64,000 bases of DNA from an uncultured delta proteobacterium (GTDB taxonomy: Bacteria; Myxococcota; Myxococcia; Myxococcales; Anaeromyxobacteraceae), in contig CAVYBH010000015.1 in assembly GCA_963766715.1 (NCBI GenBank), positions 364,756 to 428,755 of the forward strand, given 5' to 3'. This document shows positions 12,265 to 23,235 of this stretch, piece by piece (the stretch's first letter is position 1; each line of letters opens with the position of its first letter). The notes beneath the pieces are model-generated. The model saw only the letters and a program-made list of their open reading frames with translations, was not told the DNA's origin and did not search any database. The position numbers and the translations under genes are program-made.

Positions 12265-13956
12265 TCACCTTCGTGGAGGGGCCAGCGTGCCGGCCAGGAA
12301 GCGGCGCAGCGCCTCGGCGCGGCGCATCTTGCCGCTGGAGGTGCGCGGCAGGGTCCCCGGCTCGAGGAGGTGGACGGCGTGGACCCGGACGCCGGTGCGC
12401 GCGAGCACCGCGGCGCGGACGGCGTCCTCGAGGGCCTCGCTCCCCTCCCGTCGGCGTCGCGGCCCCGCTCGGCGAGCACGAGCAGCTCCTCCCCCTCGCC
12501 GTCCGGGGGCACGTAGCCGAGCGCCACCGCGCACCCCGGGCGCAGGCCGGGAATCGCGCCCAGGGCGCTCTCGAACTCCTCCGGGGCGTGGTTCGCACCC
12601 CGGACGATGACGAGATCCTTGACCCGCCCGTGCACGAAGAGCTCGCCGCCGGCGTGGAATCCCAGGTCTCCGGTGTCGAGCCAGCCGTCGCGGAGCGCCC
12701 GCCCGGTGGCCGCCTCGTCGCCCAGGTAGCCCTGCATCACCGACGGGCCGCGCACGTGGATGCGCCCCAGCCGGCGCTCGGGCAGCGGCGCGCCGGACTC
12801 GTCCCGGACCTCGACCTCCGCGCCCGGAACCGGGCGCCCCACCGACACGACCTCGCGGCGGCCGGGCGCCACCTCGCCCGCGGCGAGGCGCTCCGGGTCG
12901 AGCCCCTCGGAGAGCGGCGGCCGCCCGGTCGGGCAGAAGGTCACGGCGAGCGAGGCCTCGGAGAGCCCGTAGACCGGCGTGAGCGCGCCCGGGTCGAGGC
13001 CGGCGGGGGCGAAGCGCGCGGCGAAGCGCTGCAGGGTGCCGGCGGTGACCGGCTCGGCCCCGTCGAGGGCGACGCGCCAGCTGGCGAGCGAGAGGCCCGC
13101 GAGGTCCGCGTCGCGCACCCGGTCGGCGGCGTAGGCGTAGGCGAAGTGGGGCGCGGCCGAGATGGTCCCGCGGTGGCGGCCGATGGCCCGGAGCCAGAGG
13201 GCCGGGCGGGCCAGGAAGTGCTCGGGCGGGATGAGCACGAGCGGTCCCGGGTACCCCACCGCGCCGAGCAGGCATCCGATGAGCCCCATGTCGTGGTAGA
13301 GCGGCAGCCAGGAGACCAGCACGTCCTCCCGGGTCGGCCGTACCAGGACCATGAGTGAATCGACCTGGGAGACCAGGTTGGCGTGCGAGAGGGAGACCGG
13401 CTTGGGGTCCACGGTGGAGCCCGAGGAGAACTGGACGAGGGCGAGATCGTCCGCGCCGCGCCGCACGCCGGCCTCCGGCCCGGAGACGAGGGAGGCGGCG
13501 TCCACGACGCCCAGGTCGAGCCCGGCCCCGGCCTCCGCCACGGCCCGGCCCAGGATCCGGGACACCGTGCCCGACGTCACCACCACCCGCGCGCCCGAGA
13601 CCCGGAGCATGCGCGCCGTGGCGGCCAGGTACTCGTCCATGCGCCCGAGCCGCACCGGCGGGTAGAGCGGCACCGGGACGGCGCCGGCGTGCAGCGCGCC
13701 GAAGAAGGCGTCGAGGAAGGCCGGCTCGGTGCGCAGCACGATGGCCACCCGGTCCCCGGGCCGCACGCCCCTCGCCACGAGAGACCCCGCCGTGCGGCGC
13801 GCGCGCCGGTCCACCTCGGCCCAGGAGAGCCGCACCTCCTCCTCCCGCAGCCCGACGAAGGTGACGCCGCTCGGGTGGCTCGCCGCCGCGGAGAGCATCT
13901 CCGTCACCGTCGGATGCGCCGGGGGCGGCAGCCGGGGGCCGGTCGAGCCGCGTCAC
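12265..13956 (-). CDS. Fatty acyl-AMP ligase (frameshift ~12445)
   Basis: QFSSGST, SWLPLYHDMGLIG, YGLSE, TGDLG, GRVKD; the C-terminal LPRTSSGK lies in the second frame. Confidence 0.9.
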   Translation of the reverse strand: MTRLDRPPAAAPGASDGDGDALRGGEPPERRHLRRAAGGGGAALLGRGGPARAPHGGVSRGEGRAARGPGGHRAAHRAGLPRRLLRRAARRRRPGAALPAGAARAHGRVPGRHGAHAPGLGRAGGGDVGHGVPDPGPGRGGGRGRARPGRRGRRLPRLRAGGRRAARRGRSRPRPVLLGLHRGPQAGLPLARQPGLPGRFTHGPGTADPGGRAGLLAAALPRHGAHRMPARRGGVPGTARAHPARALPGPPGPLAPGHRPPPRDHLGRAPLRLRLRRRPGARRGPRGPLARQLARRPRRGRAGHRRHPAALRRALRPRRPRPGRAHAGLRALRGLARRDLLPDRAAAALRGARPGAPRRGRGGARPPRGRVGGAPGSGRGGRGPGRVRRAAARAPAGAHPRARPVGDAGLPGRRGGHRAGAPRRLARHRRPGIPRRRRALRARAGQGSRHRPGCEPRPGGVRERPGRDSRPAPGVRGGARLRAPGRRGGGAARARRAGPRRRREGSEALEDAVRAAVLARTGVRVHAVHLLEPGTLPRTSSGKMRRAEALRRFLAGTLAPPRR

Positions 13957-14207
13957 GGGAGGACCTCCGGGGCGGCCCGCGCCACCACCAGCCGGGACAG
14001 GTCGGCGAGCGAGCGGGCGGTCGCGGCGTCCTCCTCGGTGAGGATGATGCGGAAGCGATCCTCCACCGCCACCACCAGCGAGAGCAGGGCCAGCGAGTCG
14101 AGCCGCGCCGACAGCTCCTCGTCGTCGCCGAACTCCATCCGCGCGTGCAGGTCCTCCTGCACCAGGCGCCGGATCTCGGCGGCGACCCCCTGCTCGGCGG
14201 GGCTCAC
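13953..14207 (-). CDS. Acyl carrier protein
   Basis: 84 aa acidic protein with LDSL phosphopantetheine site and VEDRF; overlaps both neighbours by 4 nt. Confidence 0.88.
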   Translation of the reverse strand: MSPAEQGVAAEIRRLVQEDLHARMEFGDDEELSARLDSLALLSLVVAVEDRFRIILTEEDAATARSLADLSRLVVARAAPEVLP

Positions 14208-14756
14208 GGGACGAACCTCCCCTTCCCCTCGAAGGCGCGCTTCCAGGCCGGCCCCAGCGCCCGCTCCTCGTCCCGGATCCGGAAGGCCAGGATGATCGCG
14301 TTCCCGAGGGTGAAGAAGAGGGCGAGCCGCCACATCCCCCAGGCGAGCGGGAGGCAGGCCATCTCGATCACCACGGCCAGGTAGTTCGGGTGGCGGAGGA
14401 AGCGGTACGGCCCGCCGGTCTCCGGCTTCGTCCCGGGCACCACGATGACGCGCGTGCTCCAGCGCTCCCCGAGCGTGCGGATGGCCCACCAGCGCAGGAC
14501 CTGGGCGGCGACCGCGCCGGCCACGGCGAGCCAGGCCCACGGTCGGGGGGGGCTCGCGATGCGCGATGGCCCCGAGCGCGAGCGCCGGGAGGAAGACGGC
14601 GTGGAACGCCACCATGACCCGGTAGAGCCCCTGGCCGGTCTCCTGCCCTCCGCGCGCCAGCTGCCGCCGCGAGTTGCGCGCCGAGACGGCGAGCTCGGCG
14701 CCCCGCTCGCCGGCGACGAGTCCCAGGAGCACCAGGTAGGCCCAGAGCGGCGTCAC
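14204..14756 (-). CDS. Isoprenylcysteine carboxyl methyltransferase family (SrsB/BpsB-like; frameshift in G-run ~14548)
   Basis: [42 protein letters not shown] motifs. Confidence 0.88.
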
Positions 14757-14768
14757 GTCACGCTCCCT

Positions 14769-15857
14769 TCACCACTGGAGAAGTACCATCTCGGCGCAGA
14801 ACCCGGGGCCCATCGCCACCACCAGCCCGCGATCGCCCGGTCGGGGGTCCCCCGAGGCGAGGAGATCGCCGAGCACGAAGAGCACCGACGCCGACGAGAG
14901 GTTGCCCACCTCCTCGAGCGACCGCCAGGAGCGGGCCAGCGCCCCGTCGGGCAGCTCGAGGGCCGACTGGAAGGCCTCGAGCACCTTGGGCCCGCCGGTG
15001 TGGGCGACCCAGTGCGCGACGTCGCGCCGCGAGAGCCCCTGCGAGGCCAGGAAGTCGTCCACGTCGCGGCCGATGTTCTCCCGGGTGATCCGGGGGACCT
15101 CGGCCGAGAGCACGACCTGGAACCCGGTGTCGCGGAAGTCCCAGCCCATCACCCACTCGGTGTCGGGGTAGAAGGCGGCGCGCGTGGCCACCACCCGGGG
15201 GGCCTTGCCGTTCCCTGGACGGGCGCCCCCGGCCAGCACCACCGCCGCGGCGCCGTCGCCGAAGATCCCGGACGCGACCGCGTTCGCCACCGACAGGTCG
15301 TCGCGCTGCAGGGTGAGCGAGCAGAGCTCGACCGAGAGGAGCACCCCCACGTCCCCCGGAAACCCACGGACCAGGTCGGAGACGCGGGCCAGCCCGGCCG
15401 CACCGGCCACGCAGCCCAGGCCGAAGACCGGCACCCGCTTCACGTCCCGCCGGAGCCCGAGCCGGTTCACCAGCTTGGCGTCGATGGACGGCGTGGCGAG
15501 CCCGGTCACCGTCACGAAGACCAGCTGGTCCACGTCGGCCGGCCGGAGCCCGGCTTCGTCGAGGGCCCGGAGGATCGCCTCCGCGCCCAGCTCCTCGGCC
15601 ACCCGGATCCAGGCGTCGTTCGACTTCTTGAAGGTGTCGAGCGGCGGATACTCGGCGAGCGGCAGCGCGAGGTGGCGGCCGCGGACCTTCACCGCCCGGT
15701 GGAGGTCGTCGAGCCGATCGACGTTGTGGTGCTGCCGGGCCCAGTGGGCGCGGAGCGCCGCGGTCAGGGTCTCCTGGTCGGCGTAGTTCGCGGGGAGTGC
15801 GCGGCCGACGGAGAGGATGGCCGGGACAGGAGCTGGACGAGCGGAGGGTTCGGGCAC
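14769..15857 (-). CDS. Type III polyketide synthase (chalcone/alkylresorcinol synthase-like)
   Basis: Catalytic triad GLGCVAG / AHTGG / GNLSS; ELCSL, FGDGAAA, MGPGF motifs. Confidence 0.95.
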   Translation of the reverse strand: MPEPSARPAPVPAILSVGRALPANYADQETLTAALRAHWARQHHNVDRLDDLHRAVKVRGRHLALPLAEYPPLDTFKKSNDAWIRVAEELGAEAILRALDEAGLRPADVDQLVFVTVTGLATPSIDAKLVNRLGLRRDVKRVPVFGLGCVAGAAGLARVSDLVRGFPGDVGVLLSVELCSLTLQRDDLSVANAVASGIFGDGAAAVVLAGGARPGNGKAPRVVATRAAFYPDTEWVMGWDFRDTGFQVVLSAEVPRITRENIGRDVDDFLASQGLSRRDVAHWVAHTGGPKVLEAFQSALELPDGALARSWRSLEEVGNLSSASVLFVLGDLLASGDPRPGDRGLVVAMGPGFCAEMVLLQW

Positions 15858-15974
15858 ATCCCTGGACTAATCGACCGTTCACGGCGGCGCCCCGCGAGGA
15901 GCCGGAGCGACCCGTCTCGGGGCCCCCCATTCCGGCACTTGCCTCGTCCAACCAAGGCCTTACCTTCGTTCTTC

Positions 15975-18611
15975 ATGCGACCCGACAAGCTGACGGTGAA
16001 GGCCCAGGAAGTCCTCCAGGAGGCCCAGGCCCTGGCGCGCAAGCGCGAGCACCAGGCCATCGACCTCGAGCACCTCCTGCTCGCCCTCCTCCACCAGCAG
16101 GAGGGCGTCGCGAAGCCCCTGCTCGAGCGGATCGGCGCCAACGCCGGCCAGATCGAGAGCCGTCTCGAGGACGAGCTCCGTTCCGTGCCCAAGGTCCACG
16201 GCGGCGGGGAGCCCTACTTCGGCAACCGGCTCCAGAAGCTCCTCGACCGGGCCGAGGAGGAGGCCAAGCGCCTGAAGGACGAGTACGTCTCCACCGAGCA
16301 CCTGCTCGCCGCGGCCGCCGAGGACAAGAGCCCGCCGGGCGAGGCCCTTCGCAGCGCCGGGGCCAGCGCCGACCGGCTCCGGGGCGCCATCAAGGAGATG
16401 CGCGCCGGGGCGCGCGTGACCAGCCCCGAGGCGGAGAGCCAGTACCGCGCCCTCGAGAAGTACACGAAGGACCTCACCGAGGAGGCCCGCAAGGGCAAGC
16501 TCGACCCGGTGGTCGGTCGCGACGAGGAGATCCGCCGCACCATCCAGATCCTCTCCCGCCGCACCAAGAACAACCCCGTGCTGGTGGGCGACCCCGGCGT
16601 GGGCAAGACCGCCATCGTGGAGGGGCTGGCCCGCCGCATCGTCGACGGGGACGTGCCGGAGGGGCTGAAGAACAAGAAGATCCTCTCGCTCGACATGGGC
16701 ACCCTCGTGGCCGGCGCCAAGTTCCGCGGCGAGTTCGAGGAGCGGCTCAAGTCGGTGATGAAGGAGGTGATCGCCTCCGAGGGGCAGATCGTCCTCTTCA
16801 TCGACGAGATGCACACCATCGTGGGCGCGGGCGCCGCCGAGGGGGCGATGGACGCCGGCAACCTGCTCAAGCCGGCGCTGGCGCGGGGCGAGCTCCACGC
16901 CATCGGCGCCACCACGGTGAACGAGTACCGCAAGCACATCGAGAAGGACCCGGCCCTCGAGCGGCGCTTCCAGCCGGTGTTCGTGGGCGAGCCGTCGGTG
17001 GAGGACACCGTCTCCATCCTGCGCGGCCTCAAGGAGCGCTACGAGGTCCACCACAAGGTGCGCATCCAGGACGCCGCGCTCGTGGACGCCGCGCGCCTCT
17101 CCAACCGCTACATCACCGACCGCTTCCTTCCGGACAAGGCCATCGACCTGGTCGACGAGGCCTCCAGCCGGCTGCGCATCGAGATCGACTCGATGCCCAC
17201 CGAGGTGGACGAGATCCGCCGGCGCATCGCCCAGCTGGAGATCGAGAAGCAGGGGCTCCGGAAGGAGAAGGACGACGCCTCCCGGCGGCGCCTCACCGAC
17301 GTGGAGAAGGAGATCGCCGGGCTGAACGAGGAGTTCAGCCGGCTGAAGAGCCGCTGGGACCGGGAGAAGGGGTTCATCCAGAAGCTCTCCACGCTGCGGG
17401 CCGACCTCGAGTCGGTGAAGAACGAGCAGGCCGACGCCGAGCGGAAGGCCGACTTCAACAAGGCCGCCGAGATCAAGTTCGGCAAGCTCCCCGCCGTGCA
17501 GGCCGAGATCGACAAGATCCAGAAGGAGCTGGCCGAGGCCCAGAAGGGCGGCGCCATGCTCCGCGAGGAGGTCACGCCCGAGGAGATCGCCGAGGTGGTC
17601 TCCAAGTGGACCGGCATCCCGGTGTCCAAGCTCATGGAGGGGCAGAAGGAGAAGCTCCTCTCCATGGAGAAGCGGCTCGCCGAGCGGGTCATCGGCCAGG
17701 AGCTGGCGGTGCAGGTGGTGTCGGCGGCCGTGCGCCGCGCCCGCTCGGGCATGCAGGACCCCAACCGCCCCATCGGCTCGTTCATCTTCCTGGGGCCCAC
17801 CGGGGTCGGGAAGACCGAGACCGCCCGCGCGCTCGCCGAGTTCCTCTTCGACGACGACGACGCGATGATCCGCATCGACATGTCCGAGTACATGGAGAAG
17901 CACGCCGTCTCGCGCCTCATCGGCGCCCCTCCGGGCTACGTGGGCTACGAGGAGGGCGGCCAGCTCACCGAGGCGGTGCGGCGCCGCCCCTACTCGGTGG
18001 TGCTCTTCGACGAGATCGAGAAGGCGCACCGCGACGTCTTCAACGTGTTCCTGCAGATCCTCGACGACGGGCGGCTCACCGACGGGCAGGGGCGCACGGT
18101 CGACTTCCGCAACTCCGTGCTCATCATGACCTCCAACGTCGGCTCCGAGCACATCATGAGGCTCGGGGCGCGCAAGGACTCCGAGAAGGAGATGCGCGAG
18201 GCGGCCATGGAGGCCCTGCGCGCCGAGTTCAAGCCGGAGTTCCTGAACCGCGTCGACGACGTGGTGGTCTTCCGGCCGCTCTCCCGCGAGGACCTCTCCC
18301 ACATCGTGGAGATCCAGCTCGGACGGCTGCGGAAGCTGCTCGCCGAGAAGCAGATCACCCTCGAGCTCGGCGAGAAGGGGCGCGAGGCGGTGGCCGACGC
18401 CGGCTACGACCCGGTCTACGGCGCGCGTCCCCTCAAGCGGGCCATCCAGCGCATGATCCAGGACCCGCTCTCGAACCGGCTCCTCTCCGGCGAGTTCGCG
18501 CCCGGCGACCACATCGTGGTCGACGAGGGCAAGGACGGCGGCCTCGACTTCAGGAAGGGGACCCGTCCCCCGGAGACGCCGAAGAAGGAGGAGAAGAAGA
18601 AGGGGAAGTGA
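15975..18611 (+). CDS. clpB: ATP-dependent chaperone ClpB
   Basis: MRPDKLT start; two AAA modules ([16 protein letters not shown]); coiled-coil M domain; YGARPLKR. Confidence 0.97.
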   Translation: MRPDKLTVKAQEVLQEAQALARKREHQAIDLEHLLLALLHQQEGVAKPLLERIGANAGQIESRLEDELRSVPKVHGGGEPYFGNRLQKLLDRAEEEAKRLKDEYVSTEHLLAAAAEDKSPPGEALRSAGASADRLRGAIKEMRAGARVTSPEAESQYRALEKYTKDLTEEARKGKLDPVVGRDEEIRRTIQILSRRTKNNPVLVGDPGVGKTAIVEGLARRIVDGDVPEGLKNKKILSLDMGTLVAGAKFRGEFEERLKSVMKEVIASEGQIVLFIDEMHTIVGAGAAEGAMDAGNLLKPALARGELHAIGATTVNEYRKHIEKDPALERRFQPVFVGEPSVEDTVSILRGLKERYEVHHKVRIQDAALVDAARLSNRYITDRFLPDKAIDLVDEASSRLRIEIDSMPTEVDEIRRRIAQLEIEKQGLRKEKDDASRRRLTDVEKEIAGLNEEFSRLKSRWDREKGFIQKLSTLRADLESVKNEQADAERKADFNKAAEIKFGKLPAVQAEIDKIQKELAEAQKGGAMLREEVTPEEIAEVVSKWTGIPVSKLMEGQKEKLLSMEKRLAERVIGQELAVQVVSAAVRRARSGMQDPNRPIGSFIFLGPTGVGKTETARALAEFLFDDDDAMIRIDMSEYMEKHAVSRLIGAPPGYVGYEEGGQLTEAVRRRPYSVVLFDEIEKAHRDVFNVFLQILDDGRLTDGQGRTVDFRNSVLIMTSNVGSEHIMRLGARKDSEKEMREAAMEALRAEFKPEFLNRVDDVVVFRPLSREDLSHIVEIQLGRLRKLLAEKQITLELGEKGREAVADAGYDPVYGARPLKRAIQRMIQDPLSNRLLSGEFAPGDHIVVDEGKDGGLDFRKGTRPPETPKKEEKKKGK

Positions 18612-19470
18612 CGGGGACGGCGAAGGGCGCGAGCGGCTCCTGGAAGGCCCGCCAGAGGGTCTCCGGGACCGCCACCCGGCGCCCCTCCAGCATCGAGCGC
18701 AGCTGCATGGCGTTGGCCGCCTCCTGCCCCCGGAAGTGGTTGTTCGTCACCACGTAGACGTCCGTCACCCCGGGTGAATCGGCGATCTCGCGGGCCCGCT
18801 CCGCCCAGGGGCGCAGCTCCTCGGCCGCGTACAGGTAGTCGTACCGCTCGTCGCGGGTGGCCCCGGCGCGGAACCAGTCCTTCGCGTTCCTCCCGTGGAT
18901 GCGGACGTAGCCGACCTGCGCGGTGGCCACCGCCGACGGCGCGAGCGAGTTCCGGAAGAGCGGCTGGTCGAGGTTGACGAAGCCGATGCCCTGGGCGGCC
19001 AGCGAGGCGTACAGCTCGGGGACGTTCCAGGAGGCGTGCCGGACCTCGATCACGAGCGGCAGCCCGCGAAAGGCGGCGGTGACGTCGCGCAGCCACTCCC
19101 GGCTCGCCTCGTCCCGCTTGAACGACCAGGGGAACTGGAGGAGCGCCGCCCCCAGCCGGCCGGCCTCGAGCAGGAGGTCCAGCGCCGCGCGCGCGTCGCG
19201 GACGTCGTCCGCGGTGAAGGCCTGCCGCTCGTGGGTGAAGCGCCGCCAGACCTTGGCGGTGAAGCGGAAGTCCGGGCGACCGGAGACGCGGTCGATCCAG
19301 GAGCGGACCGCCTTCGCGGCGGCGGGCCGGTAGAAGGTGGAGTTCACCTCCACGACCTGGAACCAGCCGGAGAGCCACTCGAGCGGGTCGAAGCCTCGCG
19401 GGCGCGGGACCGGATACACCGGCCCCCACCAGTCGTCGTAATCCCAGCCGGCGACTCCCACCCGGATCAT
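18550..19470 (-). CDS. DUF72 family protein
   Basis: [44 protein letters not shown] and NN motifs. Confidence 0.9.
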   Translation of the reverse strand: MIRVGVAGWDYDDWWGPVYPVPRPRGFDPLEWLSGWFQVVEVNSTFYRPAAAKAVRSWIDRVSGRPDFRFTAKVWRRFTHERQAFTADDVRDARAALDLLLEAGRLGAALLQFPWSFKRDEASREWLRDVTAAFRGLPLVIEVRHASWNVPELYASLAAQGIGFVNLDQPLFRNSLAPSAVATAQVGYVRIHGRNAKDWFRAGATRDERYDYLYAAEELRPWAERAREIADSPGVTDVYVVTNNHFRGQEAANAMQLRSMLEGRRVAVPETLWRAFQEPLAPFAVPVTSPSSSPPSSASPGDGSPS

Positions 19471-19487
19471 CGACGCACCCCGACGGC

Positions 19488-19527
19488 GAAACGAAGAAGG
19501 GCCGGCTGCGTGGGCAGCCGACCCTTC
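19488..19527 (-). terminator. Intrinsic terminator after the Ala/Pro-rich protein gene
   Basis: GAAGGGCCGGCTGC-GTGG-GCAGCCGACCCTTC hairpin followed on the minus strand by TTCGTTT. Confidence 0.7.
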
Positions 19528-19551
19528 GAAACTACCTGAGAAGGCAGTCGA

Positions 19552-19812
19552 CTACTTGGGCTGCGGCTCCTGCGAGGTGCCGGTGCCGGGCGGGACGGTC
19601 TTCTTCGACTTCTTCTTCTTGTCGGTCTTGGCGGGGGCAGCGGCCTTGTCGGCGGGCTTGGCAGCGGCGGCCGGAGCAGCGGCCGGGGCGGCGGGAGCAG
19701 CCGGGGCAGCGGCGGCCGGCTTGGCGGCAGGCGCCGGAGCAGCGGCGGGAGCCTGGGCGAGGACCGGGAGGGCGAAGGCAACGGCGACGAGAGCGCTGAG
19801 GATCTTCTTCAT
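19552..19812 (-). CDS. Small secreted Ala/Pro/Lys-rich low-complexity protein
   Basis: SD AAGGAG upstream; signal peptide MKKILSALVAVAFALPVLA; AAP repeats and a KKKKSKK tail. Confidence 0.8.
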   Translation of the reverse strand: MKKILSALVAVAFALPVLAQAPAAAPAPAAKPAAAAPAAPAAPAAAPAAAAKPADKAAAPAKTDKKKKSKKTVPPGTGTSQEPQPK

Positions 19813-19875
19813 TTCGTGGATCTCCTTGCGGCGGGGGTGGTCTCTTTGGCGGGAGGCCCGTTCAGGGAGGGGTGT

Positions 19876-19892
19876 AGCAGCGGTTGTGCCAA
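19876..19892 (-). promoter_or_regulatory. sigma54 -24/-12 promoter
   Basis: Minus strand TTGGCACAACCGCTGCT = GG-N10-GC with TGGCAC. Confidence 0.7.
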
Positions 19893-19920
19893 CGCAGCCC
19901 CGGGCGTCGACTGCACGCAA

Positions 19921-19933
19921 TATCAAGGACTTG
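19921..19933 (+). promoter_or_regulatory. IHF binding site
   Basis: TATCAAGGACTTG matches WATCAANNNNTTR exactly; lies ~30 bp upstream of the sigma54 element. Confidence 0.6.
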
Positions 19934-20195
19934 CATCGATCGAGGCGTCGGGCGAGGCGGCGCCTAACCGCGGAGAACCGCGACACCCCCCTGCGGACAT
20001 GGGTAAGAGTGCCCCGCCCGTCCGCCGAGAGCTGCAGTGCCCGGTCGAACGGCGCCTGCTCCGAGGCGCCGGACCGGGGTCGCCGGGTGGGGCACGGAGG
20101 GACGGCTGCCCCGTTTCTCCCCGGCGCCTGCCGGGATCCCAGGCAGGTCGATCCGTCAACAGGTGGAATTCACGGGGTTTCCCTCGATCGCGGAT

Positions 20196-20212
20196 TCGGC
20201 ACGGCGCCTGCC
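20196..20212 (+). promoter_or_regulatory. sigma54 -24/-12 promoter (candidate)
   Basis: TCGGCACGGCGCCTGCC: GG(20198-99)-N10-GC(20210-11). Confidence 0.5.
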
Positions 20213-20222
20213 TACAGACTCG

Positions 20223-20364
20223 ACGACCACTTTCGCGTTTCCACCTGCCAAGCCCGCTGCCGCTCCGGCCGCTGTTCCCTCCCAAGGAGGCCTAGTAGAC
20301 GAGAGCCCTCCCAGAGCCCAAGACCTTCGAGGCCGGTGGCGCGAGCCGCCGGCCTCGTTTGCTT
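20223..20364 (+). ncRNA. Candidate ~140-nt small RNA
   Basis: Lies between a sigma54-like promoter and a strong terminator hairpin; no credible ORF; internal AAGGAGG followed shortly by TAGTAG. Confidence 0.4.
20328..20364 (+). terminator. Intrinsic terminator hairpin
   Basis: CGAGGCCGGTGGC-GCGA-GCCGCCGGCCTCG then TTTGCTT; 13-bp stem, GNRA loop. Confidence 0.7.
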
Positions 20365-20438
20365 CCGGGCCGGGGAGAATGCGGCGAGAATTCCCACCGG
20401 CAGCCGGACGTTCACCGGCGAGGAAGAGGGAGGAGTCG

Positions 20439-21221
20439 ATGGAAGAGGAGAGGCCCAAGTCATCCATTCGCCCCCCGAGCCAGGCCCCCTGGGCCGTGCT
20501 CGTCCTCGCGCTCGTCGCCGGCGTCGGCGGCGGGCTCTACTGGCTGCTCCACACGTCCTCTGCGCCCCCCGCAACGGTGGCCGGCCCGGCCGCTCCCGAG
20601 GCCGCCACGGGCCCCGCCCCTGCCACCGGAGCGCCGGTCGACGAGCGGACGCAGCGGTCGCTCGTGGAGGCGATCTCGGCGAATCCGCTGTACCGGCAGC
20701 TCCTCGCGGAGGGCGACCTGCTGCGGCGCTGGGCGATCGTCACCGAGAACGTCGCGGGCGACGTGGTCCCTCGCAAGCCGCTCGCCGCGCTCGCGCCGAA
20801 GGAGGCCTTCTCGGTGGTCCGGCGCGGCGGGGAGATCGTCATCGATCCCCGCTCCTACCAGCGCTTCGACCTGGTGGGCGACGCGGTGGCCTCCCTCGAC
20901 GTGGAGGCCTTCGCGCTGGCCTACGCGGCGCTGCGCCCGGCGCTGGAGATCGCCTACCGGGGGCTCGGGTATCCGGACGGATCCATCGACCGCGTCACCG
21001 CGCGCGCGCTGGCCCGCATCGAGCGCGCGTCGCCCCGGGACGGGGACGTCCTGCTCGTCGAGGGACCCGGCGCGATCTACGCCTACGCCGACCCGAAGCT
21101 CGAGCAGCTCGGCGACGTCGAGAAGCAGCTCCTCCGGATGGGGCCGAGGAACGGCCGGATCCTCCAGGAGAAGGCCCGGGCAATCTCGCGGGCGCTGGGG
21201 TTCCCGGCGGGCGCCCCGTGA
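20439..21221 (+). CDS. DUF3014 domain membrane-anchored protein
   Basis: N-terminal TM helix; [33 protein letters not shown] motifs. Confidence 0.85.
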   Translation: MEEERPKSSIRPPSQAPWAVLVLALVAGVGGGLYWLLHTSSAPPATVAGPAAPEAATGPAPATGAPVDERTQRSLVEAISANPLYRQLLAEGDLLRRWAIVTENVAGDVVPRKPLAALAPKEAFSVVRRGGEIVIDPRSYQRFDLVGDAVASLDVEAFALAYAALRPALEIAYRGLGYPDGSIDRVTARALARIERASPRDGDVLLVEGPGAIYAYADPKLEQLGDVEKQLLRMGPRNGRILQEKARAISRALGFPAGAP

Positions 21222-21228
21222 CCCCTCG

Positions 21229-21973
21229 TCACTCCGGGTAGAAGACCTCCTCCAGCACCAGCCCCTGCGGCGGCGCGGTGCGGCCGGCCAGGGTCCGGTC
21301 GCGGCTGGCGAGCAGGCCGGCCATGGAGGCCGGCGCCCGGGCGCCCAGCCCCACCTCGACGAGGGTGCCCACCAGGTTCCGCACCATGTGCTTCAGGAAG
21401 GCGGTGGCCTCGGCCACCACCTCGATGCGGCCGCCCCGCTCCCCCTGCACCTCGAGGCGAAGGAGCTCCCGCACCGCGTGGTGGGCCTCGCAGTCGGCCG
21501 CCCGGAAGGCCCCGAAGTCGTGGCGGCCGAGGAGCGGCGCGGTGGCGGCGCGCATGGCGTCGGCATCCAGGGGCCGGAAGACCTGCCAGGCCTGGAGGCG
21601 CGAGAGCGGCGCACGCGTCGGGGCGTTCTCGATCCGGTAGCGGTAGCGCTTCCCGCGGGCGTCGCGCCGGGCGTCGAACGGTCCCTCGCGCACCTCGGCC
21701 TCGCGGACGGCGACGTCCTCGGGGAGCAGCGCGTTCATCCCCTTCACGTAGGCGGAGATCGGGGAGCGGCCGCTCGGTCGGGAAGCTCGCCACCTGGCCG
21801 AGCGCGTGGACGCCGGCGTCGGTCCGGCCGGCGCCGGTGACGCGGACGGGCTCCTTGTGGAGGGTGGAGAGGGCCCGCTCCAGCTCGGCCTGGATCGACG
21901 GGCCGTTGGGCTGCAACTGCCAGCCCACGTAGCGGGTCCCGTCGTAGGCCAGCACGAGCTTCACGGTGGGCAC
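21229..21973 (-). CDS. truA: tRNA pseudouridine(38-40) synthase (frameshift ~21755)
   Basis: [36 protein letters not shown] motifs. Confidence 0.93.
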
Positions 21974-22003
21974 GCGGGAAACCTAGCACGCCCCGCGCTC
22001 CCC

Positions 22004-23133
22004 TCAGGGGCGCAGGGTCAGGGTGAGCCCCATGGCCACGTCGGGGGCGTTCGAGTCGAAGAACCAGCGCGGCCCCAGGCCGGGCACGCTCCCGAGGGTG
22101 AAGTCCTCGGCGAACCAGAAGGTCAGCGGGCCCCAGCGCACCGCGCCGGTGATCTGGTTCTGCGACAGGCTCACCGCGTTGGAGGCGCTCGACTGCAGGT
22201 TCCACTCCGGGTTCACCTCGACGAAGGTCCACCCGGACTGGAAGGCGGCGGTGCACCAGCGATCCTCGAGGACGAAGGACCAGTCGCCGGCCATCGCCAC
22301 CAGCGACAGCCCGGCGGCCCCGTGCCAGGGGCGGGGCTGGAGCGCGACCGAGCTCGGCCAGCCCCGACCAGTAGGAGCCGGCCACGATGGCGTGACCGAC
22401 CAGCCAGGAGGTGGCCTGCCAGGTGCCCTCGACCCCGAGGCCGACGTCCCAGCCGCCCGAGCCGCCCATGCGGGAGAGCGACGCCGGTGGGCACCTTCAC
22501 GTCGAGTCGCAGGGAGACCCCGGCCCGCGCCTCGGGCCCTTCCCGGAGCGGCTCCCCGCCCTCCCAGAGCAGGAGCTGGTTGCGGAGCACCACGTCGCCG
22601 AAGGCGAAGGTGGTCGACTGGATGTCGACCGGCTGGGACGAGAGCGGGTCGCGCAGCTCGAGGTGGACCTCGTTCTTCGGGAAGGCCGGGCGGGCGAAGT
22701 CGTTGTAGGCGAAGATCTTGTGCCAGGCGTCGATGACCCCGTCGCTCCAGCCGCCCCAGTGCAGCGTCCCGCGCAGCTCGAGCGCGCTCGAGAGCCTGCG
22801 GGCGAAGGAGCCCTCCGGGGACCCCAGCACGACGCCCCACGGGACGCGGATCGCCGCGGTGAGGGAGTCGCTCTGCTCGTCGAGCCGGACCTGGACCACG
22901 GCGCCGTCGCGGGTGAGCGTCGTGGGGGTGCTCCAGTCGTTGGCCATCGACCAGCCCACGTCGAGGCGCAGCGCCGTGACCGCGCGGGCGTCCCACTGCA
23001 CCACGTCGAGGAACAGGTCGCGCAGCGTCCCCGCCGTTCGCACCCCCAGCGGGCCCTGGGAGGGCTCCGCCAGGGCCGCGACGGGCGCGGCGACGGCGAC
23101 GGCCAAGACGAACCGGCGGAACCCGACGGACAG
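22004..23133 (-). CDS. DUF3187-like outer-membrane beta-barrel protein (frameshifts ~22470, ~22360)
   Basis: Signal peptide; HWGGWSDGVIDAWHKIF, FGDV, KVPTG, FAED, APDV motifs; start uncertain (CTG 23133 or TTG 23106). Confidence 0.6.
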
Positions 23134-23235
23134 CGTGCCTCCCTGGTTCGCCGCAGGCTAGGCGATGTCGCCCGCGCCGTCGATGAGGGACCGCTCGTTG
23201 ACCGGGCGGAGCGCAGCGCGCTATATGCGCCGTCG

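Noticed and set aside
15960..18512. Long antisense ORFs over clpB, napA, ubiD and ettA
   Set aside because: Mirror frames caused by strong GC3 bias; no protein motifs
19640..19760. Tandem GCC/GCG repeats as a CRISPR or VNTR
   Set aside because: They encode the Ala/Pro tract of a secreted protein; no repeat-spacer structure or cas genes
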